Origin: Bacillus subtilis subsp. subtilis str. 168
Lineage (GTDB): Bacteria > Bacillota > Bacilli > Bacillales > Bacillaceae
Assembly (NCBI RefSeq): GCF_000009045.1
Contig: NC_000964.3
Span: 3,690,001-3,722,000, forward strand
Reading direction: 5' to 3'
DNA: 32,000 nucleotides
The position numbers and the translations under genes were made by a program. Shown here one piece after another: positions 1 through 9,445 of the stretch. Each line of letters opens with the position of its first letter. The first letter of the stretch is position 1. Under the pieces are notes generated by a model. That model was not told the DNA's origin. It was given only the letters and a program-made list of their open reading frames with translations, and made no database searches.

Positions 1-263
1 ACGCCTATAACTTTCCGCTGCGGATCATTCGGATCGGGGTTATGATAAGTGCAACAGCGCTTGGCATGTACGGCGTTATAATGGTTTATCTGTTTGTGAT
101 CGGCCATCTCATGCGCCTGAAAAGCTTTGGCCAGGATTACATTATCCCGATCATGGCGCAGCCTGGACAGGATTTGAAAGACACAGTCATCCGTATTCCC
201 ACGATGTTTTTAAAAAGAAGACCGACACGAAACGATCCCGAAGATAACATCAGACAAAGGTGA
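1..263 (+). CDS. gerBA: Spore germinant receptor subunit A, C-terminal fragment (gene begins left of the window)
   Basis: Frame +3 is open from the window edge to TGA 261-263. It has a hydrophobic segment followed by a basic tail, as in GerA-family A subunits. It is followed directly by B- and C-subunit genes in the canonical A-B-C operon order. Confidence 0.85.
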   Translation, partial: AYNFPLRIIRIGVMISATALGMYGVIMVYLFVIGHLMRLKSFGQDYIIPIMAQPGQDLKDTVIRIPTMFLKRRPTRNDPEDNIRQR

Positions 264-268
264 TGGCT

Positions 269-1375
269 ATGAGGAAATCAGAGCATAAACTGACATTTAT
301 GCAGACGCTCATTATGATCAGCAGCACATTGATTGGTGCCGGGGTGCTGACCCTTCCCCGCTCAGCCGCCGAAACCGGCAGTCCGAGCGGATGGCTAATG
401 ATACTGCTCCAGGGCGTTATTTTTATTATCATCGTTCTGCTTTTTTTGCCTTTTCTTCAAAAAAACAGCGGAAAAACTCTTTTTAAGCTCAACAGCATTG
501 TAGCTGGAAAATTCATCGGCTTTCTATTGAATTTATATATCTGTCTATATTTCATTGGGATTGTTTGCTTTCAAGCTCGGATTTTGGGAGAGGTTGTCGG
601 ATTCTTTTTGTTGAAAAATACGCCAATGGCAGTTGTGGTGTTTATATTTCTTGCAGTTGCCATCTATCATGTAGGCGGAGGCGTTTATTCAATTGCAAAA
701 GTATACGCTTATATTTTTCCTATAACCCTTATTATTTTTATGATGCTTCTGATGTTCAGCTTTCGCTTGTTCCAGCTTGATTTTATCCGGCCGGTATTTG
801 AAGGAGGCTATCAAAGCTTTTTCTCTTTATTCCCAAAAACATTATTATATTTCTCCGGATTTGAAATCATTTTTTACCTGGTCCCCTTTATGAGAGATCC
901 AAAGCAAGTGAAAAAGGCTGTTGCTCTGGGCATCGCGACTTCCACATTGTTCTACAGCATTACTTTGCTCATTGTGATTGGCTGTATGACTGTGGCTGAG
1001 GCAAAAACGGTGACATGGCCGACCATTTCCCTTATTCACGCATTAGAGGTTCCGGGTATTTTTATTGAACGATTTGATTTGTTCTTACAGCTGACCTGGA
1101 CAGCCCAGCAATTTGCCTGTATGCTCGGATCCTTTAAAGGCGCCCATATCGGGTTAACGGAAATCTTTCATCTAAAAAATAAAAACAATGCATGGCTGCT
1201 GACTGCAATGCTGGCTGCGACGTTTTTCATAACGATGTATCCCAAGGACTTGAATGACGTGTTTTATTACGGGACGCTTCTTGGATATGCTTTCTTAATT
1301 GTGATTACAATTCCATTCTTCGTCTGGTTTTTAAGCTGGATACAGAAAAAAATAGGGAGGGGGCAGCTGCAATGA
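269..1375 (+). CDS. gerBB: Spore germinant receptor subunit B (APC-type integral membrane protein, about 10 TM)
   Basis: ORF 260..1375 is very hydrophobic and multi-spanning. SD AAGGTG at 256-261 is best spaced for ATG 269 (368 aa). GTG 260 and ATG 263 are alternative starts. The start region overlaps the gerBA stop. Confidence 0.9.
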   Translation: MRKSEHKLTFMQTLIMISSTLIGAGVLTLPRSAAETGSPSGWLMILLQGVIFIIIVLLFLPFLQKNSGKTLFKLNSIVAGKFIGFLLNLYICLYFIGIVCFQARILGEVVGFFLLKNTPMAVVVFIFLAVAIYHVGGGVYSIAKVYAYIFPITLIIFMMLLMFSFRLFQLDFIRPVFEGGYQSFFSLFPKTLLYFSGFEIIFYLVPFMRDPKQVKKAVALGIATSTLFYSITLLIVIGCMTVAEAKTVTWPTISLIHALEVPGIFIERFDLFLQLTWTAQQFACMLGSFKGAHIGLTEIFHLKNKNNAWLLTAMLAATFFITMYPKDLNDVFYYGTLLGYAFLIVITIPFFVWFLSWIQKKIGRGQLQ

Positions 1376-2496
1376 AAACAGCATCAAAATTCTCCGTCAT
1401 GTTTTTTATGCTGCTGGCCCTCTGCGGCTGCTGGGATGTCAAAGATATCGAGCAACTATCCTTCGCCAGAGGGCTGGCGATCGATGAGACAAATGATCAC
1501 CAGTACAAACTGACGTATCAAAATCTTCTTCCCCAAAGCGAAGACAGCCAAGCATCCGGAAAACCCGAATTTGTTAATGTAACGTCCCACGGGAAAACGA
1601 TTCTGGAAGCAGTCAGTGATGTATCCATCAAGGACCCTCCTGTTTATAGCGATCATTTAAAAGTGATCCTTCTGGGAGAAAAACTGATGAGGAATCAAAA
1701 TGTAGACCAAGTCCTCAACCACTTTATCCGGGATGATGAGCTGCGGCGAAGCAGCTATTTGATGGCAGCCAGAGGGAATGCAGCTGATGTTTTCACAAAA
1801 GGAAACCCCAATCAGCAGCAGCCGATGCCCTCCGAAAAACTGATTGATTTGACAACTCACAGCGGATATAACGGTAAGATTATGATACCGCTGCGCATCG
1901 GAAGAGCTTCTGTCTACTCTCAGAACGGGTACAGTTATCTTATTCAAGCCGTGAAAAACGAAAAGGGAAAAGCCAAGTATGACGGAGCAGGCATTATCAA
2001 AAGGGGCAGCAATAAACTCGTTGGGTTTCTTTCAGCTGATGAAACCCAAACACTGTCATGGGTCATGGGGACGATCCAAGGCGGTGTCATGCCGACGACA
2101 GATAAAGGACATCCGATTACGTTTGAAATTAAAAAGTCGAAAACGAAAATTAAGCCCGTCATTGAAAACGGAAAGCCTGTCTTTCATATTTCTGTTAAAA
2201 CGAAGGGCATCCTGACAGAAGACCAAAACCCGAATGAAAACTCCTTTAGCAAAAGTTATTTGCACAGGCTGGAAAACATTTTTGAAAAAAAGCTTGAACG
2301 AGATGTAAAGCAGGTGATGGATAAACTGCAGCACGAGTATAAAACCGATCCGGTCTTTTTATCAGACCACATAAGGATTCAACACCCTGACTACTGGAAT
2401 AAAGTAAAAGGGCATTGGGATGAAATATTTTCTGAGACTGATTTTAAGTACGATATTTCTTTTAAAATCATTAACTTTGGCACGGTGGGAAAGTAA
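1372..2496 (+). CDS. gerBC: Spore germinant receptor subunit C (lipoprotein)
   Basis: ATGA start/stop overlap with gerBB at 1372-1375. SD GGGAGGGGG lies upstream. N-terminal signal peptide with lipobox-like LALCGC. GerAC-family hydrophilic body. Confidence 0.92.
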   Translation: MKTASKFSVMFFMLLALCGCWDVKDIEQLSFARGLAIDETNDHQYKLTYQNLLPQSEDSQASGKPEFVNVTSHGKTILEAVSDVSIKDPPVYSDHLKVILLGEKLMRNQNVDQVLNHFIRDDELRRSSYLMAARGNAADVFTKGNPNQQQPMPSEKLIDLTTHSGYNGKIMIPLRIGRASVYSQNGYSYLIQAVKNEKGKAKYDGAGIIKRGSNKLVGFLSADETQTLSWVMGTIQGGVMPTTDKGHPITFEIKKSKTKIKPVIENGKPVFHISVKTKGILTEDQNPNENSFSKSYLHRLENIFEKKLERDVKQVMDKLQHEYKTDPVFLSDHIRIQHPDYWNKVKGHWDEIFSETDFKYDISFKIINFGTVGK

Positions 2497-2502
2497 GCAA
2501 TC

Positions 2503-2534
2503 AAAAGGGTGCGCATGATCGCGCACCCTTTTTT
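2503..2534. terminator. Bidirectional intrinsic terminator shared by convergent gerBC and ywtG
   Basis: GGGTGCGC (2507-2514) pairs with GCGCACCC (2521-2528). The stem is flanked by an A-run upstream and TTTTTT downstream. Confidence 0.85.
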
Positions 2535-3906
2535 ATGTTCCGACAGTCTGCTGTTTTCCGGCCGCTCCTCCCTGTCCGTTTTTGTCCCGTAAATCCTGCT
2601 CAATTTCTTCAAGGCTTCTTCCCTTTGTCTCTGTCACTTTAAATCGGACAAATAAGAACGCCATGATACCGATCGCGGCATAAATCAGGAATAAATAACT
2701 GATTCCGATCGCTTCCATTAATATTGGATAGGTTAATGAAACAATCAGTGTCCCAACGTGCAACATTAAGGTCGAAACACCGGTCCCGATTCCTCTGACG
2801 TGAAGCGGGAACAATTCAGGAAGCATCACCCACACAACCGGTCCCCAGCTGACCGCAAAGACAACGATAAACACGCCTAAACAAATGACGGTCGTCCATG
2901 AGGCAGCCGGAGTGTTATCGAAAAAGAGATTTACTAAAGCGAGAACGATCAAGCTGATCACCATGCCCGCATTCCCGAATAGCAGTAACGGCTTTCTTCC
3001 AATCTTGTCGATGATTTTAATCGCTACTAATGTCATGAGAACATTGACTGTGCCGATTCCGACCGTGCCTAAAATCGAAGCGGAGTTTCCGAATCCGACG
3101 TTTGTAAAGGTCTTTGGCGCATAGTAGATGATCGTATTCGTTCCGATAAATTGCTGCAAAAAAGCGAGTCCCAAACCTGCAATAAGCGCTGGGCGCACCC
3201 ATGGATCGAACAGCTCCTTCAGACCGCCTTCATCCTGCTTTTCCGCTTCTTTTATATCATGTATTTCCTGATCAATATCTTTTGTGCCACGCAATTTTTC
3301 AAGAATTTTCTTCGCTTTGCTTTCTTCGCCATTCGTGAACAGCCAGCGCGGGCTCTCCGGCATAAACAAAATGCCAATAAGCAAGAGCAATGACGGCACA
3401 GCAGCCAATCCAAGCATCCAGCGCCACGCTTCGGCATCGGCAAATATGTAATTGACAATGTAAGAAAGAAGGATGCCGACCGTGATCATCAGCTGATTCA
3501 GTGATGACAGCGCCCCGCGTTTATGTTTTGGCGCCAGTTCAGATAAATAAAGGGGTACGATTGTCGTCGATGTTCCGACTGCAAGTCCCAAAATGATGCG
3601 AAACAGCACCATGACTCCTGTATTTGGGGCCAGTGCCACACCAAGACCGCCTATACAAAACAGCAGCGCGGCTGCCATAATTGCTTTTTTTCTTCCGAAA
3701 CGGTCAGTCAGCTTGCCGGCCGCTCCTGAGCCCAATATCGCCCCAACCAGCAAGGAGCTGACAACAAGACCTTCTGTAAACGCGTTTAAGCCTAACTCCT
3801 TTTTCATAAATAAAATAGCTCCGGAAATCACTCCGGTATCATAGCCATATAACGCGCCTCCAAGAGCTCCGAAAAAATAAAGCCATATATTTGACTGCTT
3901 TTTCAT
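2533..3906 (-). CDS. ywtG: MFS sugar-porter family transporter (12 TM)
   Basis: 457-aa ORF with sugar-porter signatures GRKK, PESPRW and TETKGRSLEEIE. SD AAAGGGAG lies 8 nt upstream of ATG 3906. Confidence 0.92.
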   Translation of the reverse strand: MKKQSNIWLYFFGALGGALYGYDTGVISGAILFMKKELGLNAFTEGLVVSSLLVGAILGSGAAGKLTDRFGRKKAIMAAALLFCIGGLGVALAPNTGVMVLFRIILGLAVGTSTTIVPLYLSELAPKHKRGALSSLNQLMITVGILLSYIVNYIFADAEAWRWMLGLAAVPSLLLLIGILFMPESPRWLFTNGEESKAKKILEKLRGTKDIDQEIHDIKEAEKQDEGGLKELFDPWVRPALIAGLGLAFLQQFIGTNTIIYYAPKTFTNVGFGNSASILGTVGIGTVNVLMTLVAIKIIDKIGRKPLLLFGNAGMVISLIVLALVNLFFDNTPAASWTTVICLGVFIVVFAVSWGPVVWVMLPELFPLHVRGIGTGVSTLMLHVGTLIVSLTYPILMEAIGISYLFLIYAAIGIMAFLFVRFKVTETKGRSLEEIEQDLRDKNGQGGAAGKQQTVGT

Positions 3907-4238
3907 AAAGATGACTCCCTTTCTCCATCAGCTGCAATGACATTGTCTGTGGGATTTTTTTAGAAATCTTTTAGCCTCTTTTTCCGGCCATTAAACCTTT
4001 TTATTTTTCTGATCATAAGTTTTCCAATCATTTACTTGTATTTTTTTCAATGTCGCCGAAACATTTTACCTGCTGCGGCGTCCAATATAAGGTGATTCAG
4101 TACATTATCGTTATCAATTTTCAAAAACAAGAACTTATAAATATAGGAATATTTATCGAAAAATGTCTTTCGAGTAGTTGCCCCATGGCAAATAGAATGG
4201 TACGCTTCAAATATTAAAGAAACGTGAGGTATTGATAT

Positions 4239-5207
4239 ATGGAAGAACGATCACAGCGCAGAAAGAAAAAAAGAAAACTAAAAAAATGGGTGAAAGTTGT
4301 TGCCGGATTAATGGCTTTTTTAGTCATTGCGGCAGGCTCTGTCGGCGCCTATGCTTTTGTAAAGCTGAACAATGCTTCTAAGGAAGCTCATGTCAGCCTT
4401 GCACGCGGAGAACAATCTGTAAAACGGATCAAAGAATTTGATCCTGGAAAAGATTCTTTTTCTGTATTGCTCTTAGGAATTGATGCCAGGGAGAAAAACG
4501 GCGAGACCGTCGATCAGGCAAGAAGTGACGCGAATGTGCTGGTTACATTTAATCGGAAAGAAAAAACAGCTAAAATGCTGAGCATTCCGCGTGACGCCTA
4601 TGTAAACATCCCAGGCCACGGGTATGATAAATTCACACATGCTCACGCTTACGGCGGCGTTGACTTAACTGTGAAAACAGTTGAAGAAATGCTGGATATT
4701 CCAGTCGATTATGTCGTAGAAAGCAATTTCACGGCTTTTGAAGACGTCGTAAACGAGTTAAATGGCGTCAAAGTAACTGTAAAAAGCGATAAAGTCATTC
4801 AGCAAATCAAAAAAGATACAAAAGGTAAAGTCGTTCTTCAAAAAGGAACACATACGCTTGATGGGGAAGAAGCGCTCGCTTACGTAAGAACACGTAAAGC
4901 GGACAGTGACCTTTTACGCGGGCAAAGACAAATGGAAGTGCTGAGCGCCATTATAGATAAATCAAAATCATTGAGCTCAATTCCGGCTTATGATGATATT
5001 GTGGATACGATGGGGCAAAATTTAAAAATGAACTTATCTCTTAAAGATGCCATCGGCCTGTTCCCGTTCATCACTTCATTGAAATCAGTTGAGTCTATTC
5101 AGCTGACGGGTTATGATTATGAACCTGCCGGAGTCTATTATTTCAAATTGAATCAGCAAAAGCTGCAGGAAGTTAAAAAAGAGCTGCAAAACGATTTAGG
5201 TGTATAA
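4239..5207 (+). CDS. tagT: LytR-CpsA-Psr (LCP) family wall-polymer ligase
   Basis: 322-aa ORF with a basic N-terminus and one TM. LCP motifs LLLGID..R.D...SDANVLV and SIPRD. SD GTGAGGT upstream. Corresponds to ywtF. Confidence 0.9.
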   Translation: MEERSQRRKKKRKLKKWVKVVAGLMAFLVIAAGSVGAYAFVKLNNASKEAHVSLARGEQSVKRIKEFDPGKDSFSVLLLGIDAREKNGETVDQARSDANVLVTFNRKEKTAKMLSIPRDAYVNIPGHGYDKFTHAHAYGGVDLTVKTVEEMLDIPVDYVVESNFTAFEDVVNELNGVKVTVKSDKVIQQIKKDTKGKVVLQKGTHTLDGEEALAYVRTRKADSDLLRGQRQMEVLSAIIDKSKSLSSIPAYDDIVDTMGQNLKMNLSLKDAIGLFPFITSLKSVESIQLTGYDYEPAGVYYFKLNQQKLQEVKKELQNDLGV

Positions 5208-5209
5208 TG

Positions 5210-5240
5210 AACGGGATGGCGATTACGCCATCCCGTTTTA
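5210..5240 (+). terminator. Intrinsic terminator after tagT
   Basis: ACGGGATGGCG (5211-5221) pairs with CGCCATCCCGT (5226-5236), followed by TTTT. Confidence 0.85.
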
Positions 5241-5362
5241 CATATTTCCTTGTTGAAAATTATCAAAGTAACGTTTAGCCTTAATTTATATGGATTATGT
5301 TTCACAGGCAAGCTGAACATACTACACGAAGCAGCTTCATTTTTAAGGAGGTTCCCCTACAT

Positions 5363-6223
5363 ATGAAATGTATTGCGATTGATCTAGACGGAACATTACT
5401 GAATAAAGAAAGCGTCATTTCTGCGGAAAACAGAGAGGCGATCAAGCGGGCCGTTGATGCCGGCATCCTCGTCACCATTTGCACGGGAAGAGCGACATTT
5501 GATGTAAAAGCGCTGCTGGATGACTTGGACATCCCTATCATTGCAGCTAATGGCGGTACGATCCACGACACGGGTTACCGTTTGATCAGCCGGACATTAA
5601 TGGATCAGGAAGCCGGTAAAGCGATTGCTGATTACTTACTTTCAAAAAACATTTACTTTGAGGTATATACAGATGACCATCTGCTTTCTCCTTTTGACGG
5701 CGAAGCTAAGCTGCACGCGGAGCTTGACATTCTAAAGAGCGCAAACCCAAACGAGCAGACGGATGACTTGTGGCAAGGAGCCATGACTCAATTCAAACAG
5801 TTTGGCATTAAACCAATCCCTCATATCGAATCGGTTTTTGACGGCGGTGAAAACATTTATAAGCTTCTTTGCTTCTCCTTTGATATGGACAAGCTGAAAC
5901 AAGCGAAGGAAGAACTGAAGCATCATAAAAAACTGGCGCAAACCTCTTCAGGAAAACATATTATCGAAATCCTGCCGGCCTCGTCAGGAAAAGGACGCGC
6001 GTTAACAAAGCTGGCTGACATATACGGAATTGAAACACAGGATATCTATGCGATCGGCGATAGTCCAAACGATTTGTCCATGTTTGAAGTCGCCGGACAC
6101 CGTATCGCCATGGAAAATGCGATTGATGAATTAAAAGAAAAAAGCACCTTTGTCACAAAAAGCAATGACGAAAATGGTGTGGCCTACTTTATAGACCAGC
6201 TTCTTTCGGGGCAATATGCATAA
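5363..6223 (+). CDS. ywtE: HAD-superfamily Cof-type phosphatase
   Basis: AAGGAGG at 5345-5351 precedes ATG 5363 (286 aa). HAD motif I is IAIDLDGTLL and motif IV is GDSPNDLSM. The upstream part of ORF 5297.. has no SD. Confidence 0.9.
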   Translation: MKCIAIDLDGTLLNKESVISAENREAIKRAVDAGILVTICTGRATFDVKALLDDLDIPIIAANGGTIHDTGYRLISRTLMDQEAGKAIADYLLSKNIYFEVYTDDHLLSPFDGEAKLHAELDILKSANPNEQTDDLWQGAMTQFKQFGIKPIPHIESVFDGGENIYKLLCFSFDMDKLKQAKEELKHHKKLAQTSSGKHIIEILPASSGKGRALTKLADIYGIETQDIYAIGDSPNDLSMFEVAGHRIAMENAIDELKEKSTFVTKSNDENGVAYFIDQLLSGQYA

Positions 6224-6225
6224 AG

Positions 6226-6256
6226 AAAAGACTCCAGAGATTGGAGTCTTTTTCTT
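6226..6256. terminator. Bidirectional terminator between convergent ywtE and pgdS
   Basis: GACTCCA (6230-6236) pairs with TGGAGTC (6242-6248). An A-run precedes the stem and a T-run follows it. Confidence 0.8.
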
Positions 6257-7498
6257 TTATTGCACCCGTATACTTCCTGCGTATTTATCCTTCCAATATG
6301 TGCTCGTGTTCATATTGGTAATGGTCACGCCGTTTGATAATGTGACATGAACAACTTGTCCGTTTCCGATATAGATGGAGGGATTTAAGCTTGTTGATTG
6401 AAAGAACACAATGTCTCCCGGCTTCAGGTCCGCCTTCTCAATCTTAGTTCCGGCATTGTACTGGCTTGTTGCGTATCGAGGCAGGGAAATACCGGCTGCT
6501 TTCTGGTATACATATTGGACAAATCCAGCTGTATCAAATCCCGTCTCAGGTGTTACTCCGCCCTGTTTGTAAGGCACTTCTCCGACATAAAGCGTCGCTT
6601 CGGAAACAATCGGATTTTCTTTCGGGATTGTCAGGTTGTCAAATCGGCGAATACCCGTCATCTTCGATTTCCAGTAATCCTCTGACAAATAGGAAATGGT
6701 TACTTTTTCTGACCGGCTTGCCTGAATGAACCTGCCTGCGCCCGCATAAATGCCTGCATGTGAAATTCCCGTTTTATACGTATTGCTGAAATAGACGACA
6801 TCACCAGGCTTTATGTTCTGAGGGGCTACCTTCTCGCCCACTGCCCACTGCTGTTCGGCTGATCGCGGTAGATAAATGCCGAGTGCCTGTTGAAACACAT
6901 ATTGCACAAGCCCCGAGCAATCAAAGCCCTCTGACGGCGTGCTTCCGCCAAACACATATGGGACACCGATATATTTTTCGGCCTCCTGAACGACAGGAAC
7001 ATCAGCCGTTGCCGGATCGGCAGCGATTCGTCTCGCCCCGATATAAGTTCCGCTCCAATAGCTGCTTTTTTTGTAATTGGTGATGATAACCCCTTTTGAC
7101 TGTGTACTGTGAACCATTTGGCCGTCTCCGATATAAAGGGCGTCATGTGTCGGAACAGTGCCGGTGCTTCCCTCTTTCTTGAAAAACAAAATATCACCCG
7201 GCTTCAGGTTTTCCGGTTTTACAGCTGTTCCGATTTTATACTGGTCGTTTACAGATCTCGGCAGATGAATATCAGCCTTACTGAACACATATTGTATCAA
7301 TCCTGATGGATCGAAACCCTCTTTCGGCGTTTCCCCGCCATATTTATACTGATATCCAAGCAGGTTTTTTGCTTCGCTGACAATCAATTCTGATGATGTA
7401 TCAGCTTCCGCAATCTCCGCTTTTGTCATAATTGGAACCAAAAAACAAATGATAACCGCCACAAGCAAAAACTTCTTCCAGTTTGCCAGTGTGTTCAC
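6257..7498 (-). CDS. pgdS: Secreted gamma-DL-glutamyl hydrolase with three tandem NlpC/P60 modules
   Basis: GTG 7498 is preceded by GAGGAGGAG and gives 413 aa. Signal peptide is VNTLANWKKFLLVAVIICFLVPIMTKAEIAEA. Three repeats of about 115 aa carry the NlpC/P60 pattern. Corresponds to ywtD. Confidence 0.9.
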   Translation of the reverse strand: MNTLANWKKFLLVAVIICFLVPIMTKAEIAEADTSSELIVSEAKNLLGYQYKYGGETPKEGFDPSGLIQYVFSKADIHLPRSVNDQYKIGTAVKPENLKPGDILFFKKEGSTGTVPTHDALYIGDGQMVHSTQSKGVIITNYKKSSYWSGTYIGARRIAADPATADVPVVQEAEKYIGVPYVFGGSTPSEGFDCSGLVQYVFQQALGIYLPRSAEQQWAVGEKVAPQNIKPGDVVYFSNTYKTGISHAGIYAGAGRFIQASRSEKVTISYLSEDYWKSKMTGIRRFDNLTIPKENPIVSEATLYVGEVPYKQGGVTPETGFDTAGFVQYVYQKAAGISLPRYATSQYNAGTKIEKADLKPGDIVFFQSTSLNPSIYIGNGQVVHVTLSNGVTITNMNTSTYWKDKYAGSIRVQ

Positions 7499-7600
7499 TT
7501 TTATTATCTCCTCCTCTTTTTGCAGTTTTAACATCGGTATTTTTTTGAATATGTTAAGAGACTTTTTAATATTTTTACAGAATGAATATGCTGGGCAAAT

Positions 7601-7636
7601 AAAAAGAGAGTGTCTCATCAGACACTCTCTTTTTTG
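7601..7636 (-). terminator. Intrinsic terminator after pgsE, separating pgsBCAE from pgdS
   Basis: GAGAGTGTC (7606-7614) pairs with GACACTCTC (7621-7629). On the minus strand the stem is followed by a T-run. It lies 3 nt after the pgsE stop. Confidence 0.8.
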
Positions 7637-7638
7637 AA

Positions 7639-7806
7639 TTATTTATTGGCGTTTACCGGTTCTTCCTGCTGCTGGATTTTATTCATTTCCATATCAATCT
7701 TCTGTTTTTCCTGATCTGTCAGCTGATCATTGAATTTAAAAGCTGACATAAACATGAACACGATGGCTACGGCAACAAACGGCCAGATGGCTTTGACAAA
7801 TTTCAT
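7639..7806 (-). CDS. pgsE: Small membrane protein of the poly-gamma-glutamate synthase operon (55 aa)
   Basis: Not in the ORF track. My translation is MKFVKAIWPFVAVAIVFMFMSAFKFNDQLTDQEKQKIDMEMNKIQQQEEPVNANK. SD GGAGTG lies between the pgsA stop (7821) and ATG 7806. Corresponds to ywtC. Confidence 0.85.
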   Translation of the reverse strand: MKFVKAIWPFVAVAIVFMFMSAFKFNDQLTDQEKQKIDMEMNKIQQQEEPVNANK

Positions 7807-7820
7807 CTTTATCACTCCGA

Positions 7821-8963
7821 TTATTTAGATTTTAGTTTGTCACTATGATCAATATCAAACGTCAGTTTTCCGTCTTCTACTTTCCAAGCGAAATTAGAGT
7901 CTTTCGTCAGTTCGCGAATAATGGTTTTCTGTTTAAGGCTGTCTTTTTTCACAGGCGCAGGTGTCGCTTCATGGATATCGATCGGTGTCACTTCAAAGCG
8001 TCCTGTTCCATTTTTCTTCAGGTGATACTGAACCAGTGCACTGTCTCTTGTTCTCGTCCAGCCTTGGTCAAAGACAAAGTTGCCGAGGCTGTAGAAAATG
8101 ACGGTTCCGTTATATACTTCAATCGGTTCTAAGACGTGCGGGTGATGGCCGACGATGATGTCAGCTCCCGCATCAGACATGGCTCTTGCAAGCTGGCGCT
8201 GGCGGTCATTTGGATCATTGTCATACTCTTGTCCCCAGTGTGACTGCACAACAACAATGTCCGCATGTTTTTTCGCTTCTGAAATCATAGGGATGAAGAT
8301 TTCAGGATCTGCGGGCAGCACGCCCGGCGTATTCTTTTTAGCCGCGAAACCTTTCCCGGACACATCGGTAAAGCCAAGCGTCGCAATCGTTACCCCGTTG
8401 ACTTTCTGGTACGAAATTTTCTTTTTCGCATCACTTAAGCTGTATCCCGCTCCAACGATATCAAGATTTTGCTTCGCAAATTCTCCAAGCGTATCTTTCA
8501 TGCCCTGAACGCCGTAATCCATTGCGTGGTTGTTGGCGCTGTTGAGAACCGTGAAATTCATATCCTTCAAGACTTTCACTGATTCCTTATTCGTCTGCAG
8601 ATGAATCTCTTTATCTGCTTGTTTATAATTCTTTTGATAGGTTACCGGGTTTTCAAAGTTTCCTGCTACATAATCCGAGGCTCTAAAGATCGGTTCAACA
8701 TATTGAAAAATACTGTCTGCCCCTTTTTGCTCCGTTACTTTTTCAACATAGCGTCCCATCATAATATCGCCTACAAATGAGGCTGAGAGTACGTCGTCAG
8801 AATACGTTTTGACCTTCGGCGTTTCCGCTTTTCCCGCCCACATGAAAGCGAACATAAGGACAAAAACGATCGGAATGGCAATAAATACGTGCTTATTGGT
8901 TTTCTTTTTTTGCTGTTTTGTCAGCTTTAGCAGCTTTTCATGAAAGCTCAGTTCTTTTTTCAT
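7821..8963 (-). CDS. pgsA: Poly-gamma-glutamate synthesis protein PgsA/CapA (membrane-anchored, metallophosphoesterase-like)
   Basis: ATG 8963 gives 380 aa starting MKKELSF, with SD AAGGTG upstream. N-terminal TM anchor. CapA-type motifs NHAMDYG and GHHPHV. Confidence 0.92.
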   Translation of the reverse strand: MKKELSFHEKLLKLTKQQKKKTNKHVFIAIPIVFVLMFAFMWAGKAETPKVKTYSDDVLSASFVGDIMMGRYVEKVTEQKGADSIFQYVEPIFRASDYVAGNFENPVTYQKNYKQADKEIHLQTNKESVKVLKDMNFTVLNSANNHAMDYGVQGMKDTLGEFAKQNLDIVGAGYSLSDAKKKISYQKVNGVTIATLGFTDVSGKGFAAKKNTPGVLPADPEIFIPMISEAKKHADIVVVQSHWGQEYDNDPNDRQRQLARAMSDAGADIIVGHHPHVLEPIEVYNGTVIFYSLGNFVFDQGWTRTRDSALVQYHLKKNGTGRFEVTPIDIHEATPAPVKKDSLKQKTIIRELTKDSNFAWKVEDGKLTFDIDHSDKLKSK

Positions 8964-8981
8964 CGTTTGACACACCTTACA

Positions 8982-9431
8982 TTAAATTAAGTAGTAAACA
9001 AACATGATAGCAAAGGTCGCTCCGCTCAATAGCAGCGTGCTTCCGAACGTAATGGTTAAACCTTGTTTCTGAATGGTATTGGCAATTAAACCTGGCACGA
9101 TGATGCCGATTCCTCGAAATTCTGCGATTTCAAATGGTACAATCGGGTATAGAAAATCAAACGCGATTTTTAGGACGATCCCTGTTATCAGCATGGCAGC
9201 GAATTTTCTGCGTCCGTACAAAATCATAAATTTGGATAAACCGTATTTCACAATGACATACGTGAGCAAGCTCACTAGCAAAACAAGTAAAATAAAGACC
9301 GGCTGATTAAACACAAGTCCTAAATATCCCGGTACAACAAGTCCTGCCGGCACGATCCCTGTTTTTTCCGCAAAAATTAAACTGAGTAGTACACCTAAAA
9401 TTAGTGCGATGTATAAATCTGATCCGAACAT
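8982..9431 (-). CDS. pgsC: Poly-gamma-glutamate synthesis membrane protein PgsC/CapC
   Basis: 149-aa, highly hydrophobic ORF with about 4 TM, lying between pgsB and pgsA in the conserved BCA order. Confidence 0.92.
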   Translation of the reverse strand: MFGSDLYIALILGVLLSLIFAEKTGIVPAGLVVPGYLGLVFNQPVFILLVLLVSLLTYVIVKYGLSKFMILYGRRKFAAMLITGIVLKIAFDFLYPIVPFEIAEFRGIGIIVPGLIANTIQKQGLTITFGSTLLLSGATFAIMFVYYLI

Positions 9432-9445
9432 GTCTGCATTTCCCC

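Noticed and set aside
5297-5362. N-terminal extensions of the ORF-track models for ywtE. The same applies to pgdS 7499-7618, pgsA 8964-8975, pgsB 10628-10666, rbsR 11357-11410, rbsC 15144-15164, ywsA 17806-17835, alsD 19567-19578, alsS 21341-21349, ywrF 27936-27998, ywrD 30712-30714 and ywrC 30889-30924.
   Set aside because: In each case a strong SD sits in front of an internal ATG, GTG or TTG. The extension lacks an SD, overlaps a promoter or terminator, or precedes a signal peptide or HTH that normally starts the protein.
6398-7306. Several 60-125-aa ORFs on both strands within pgdS: 6398..6685, 6466..6729, 6826..7197, 6883..7083 and 7109..7306.
   Set aside because: All lie inside the three-module NlpC/P60 gene. 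They are shadows generated by its internal repeats.
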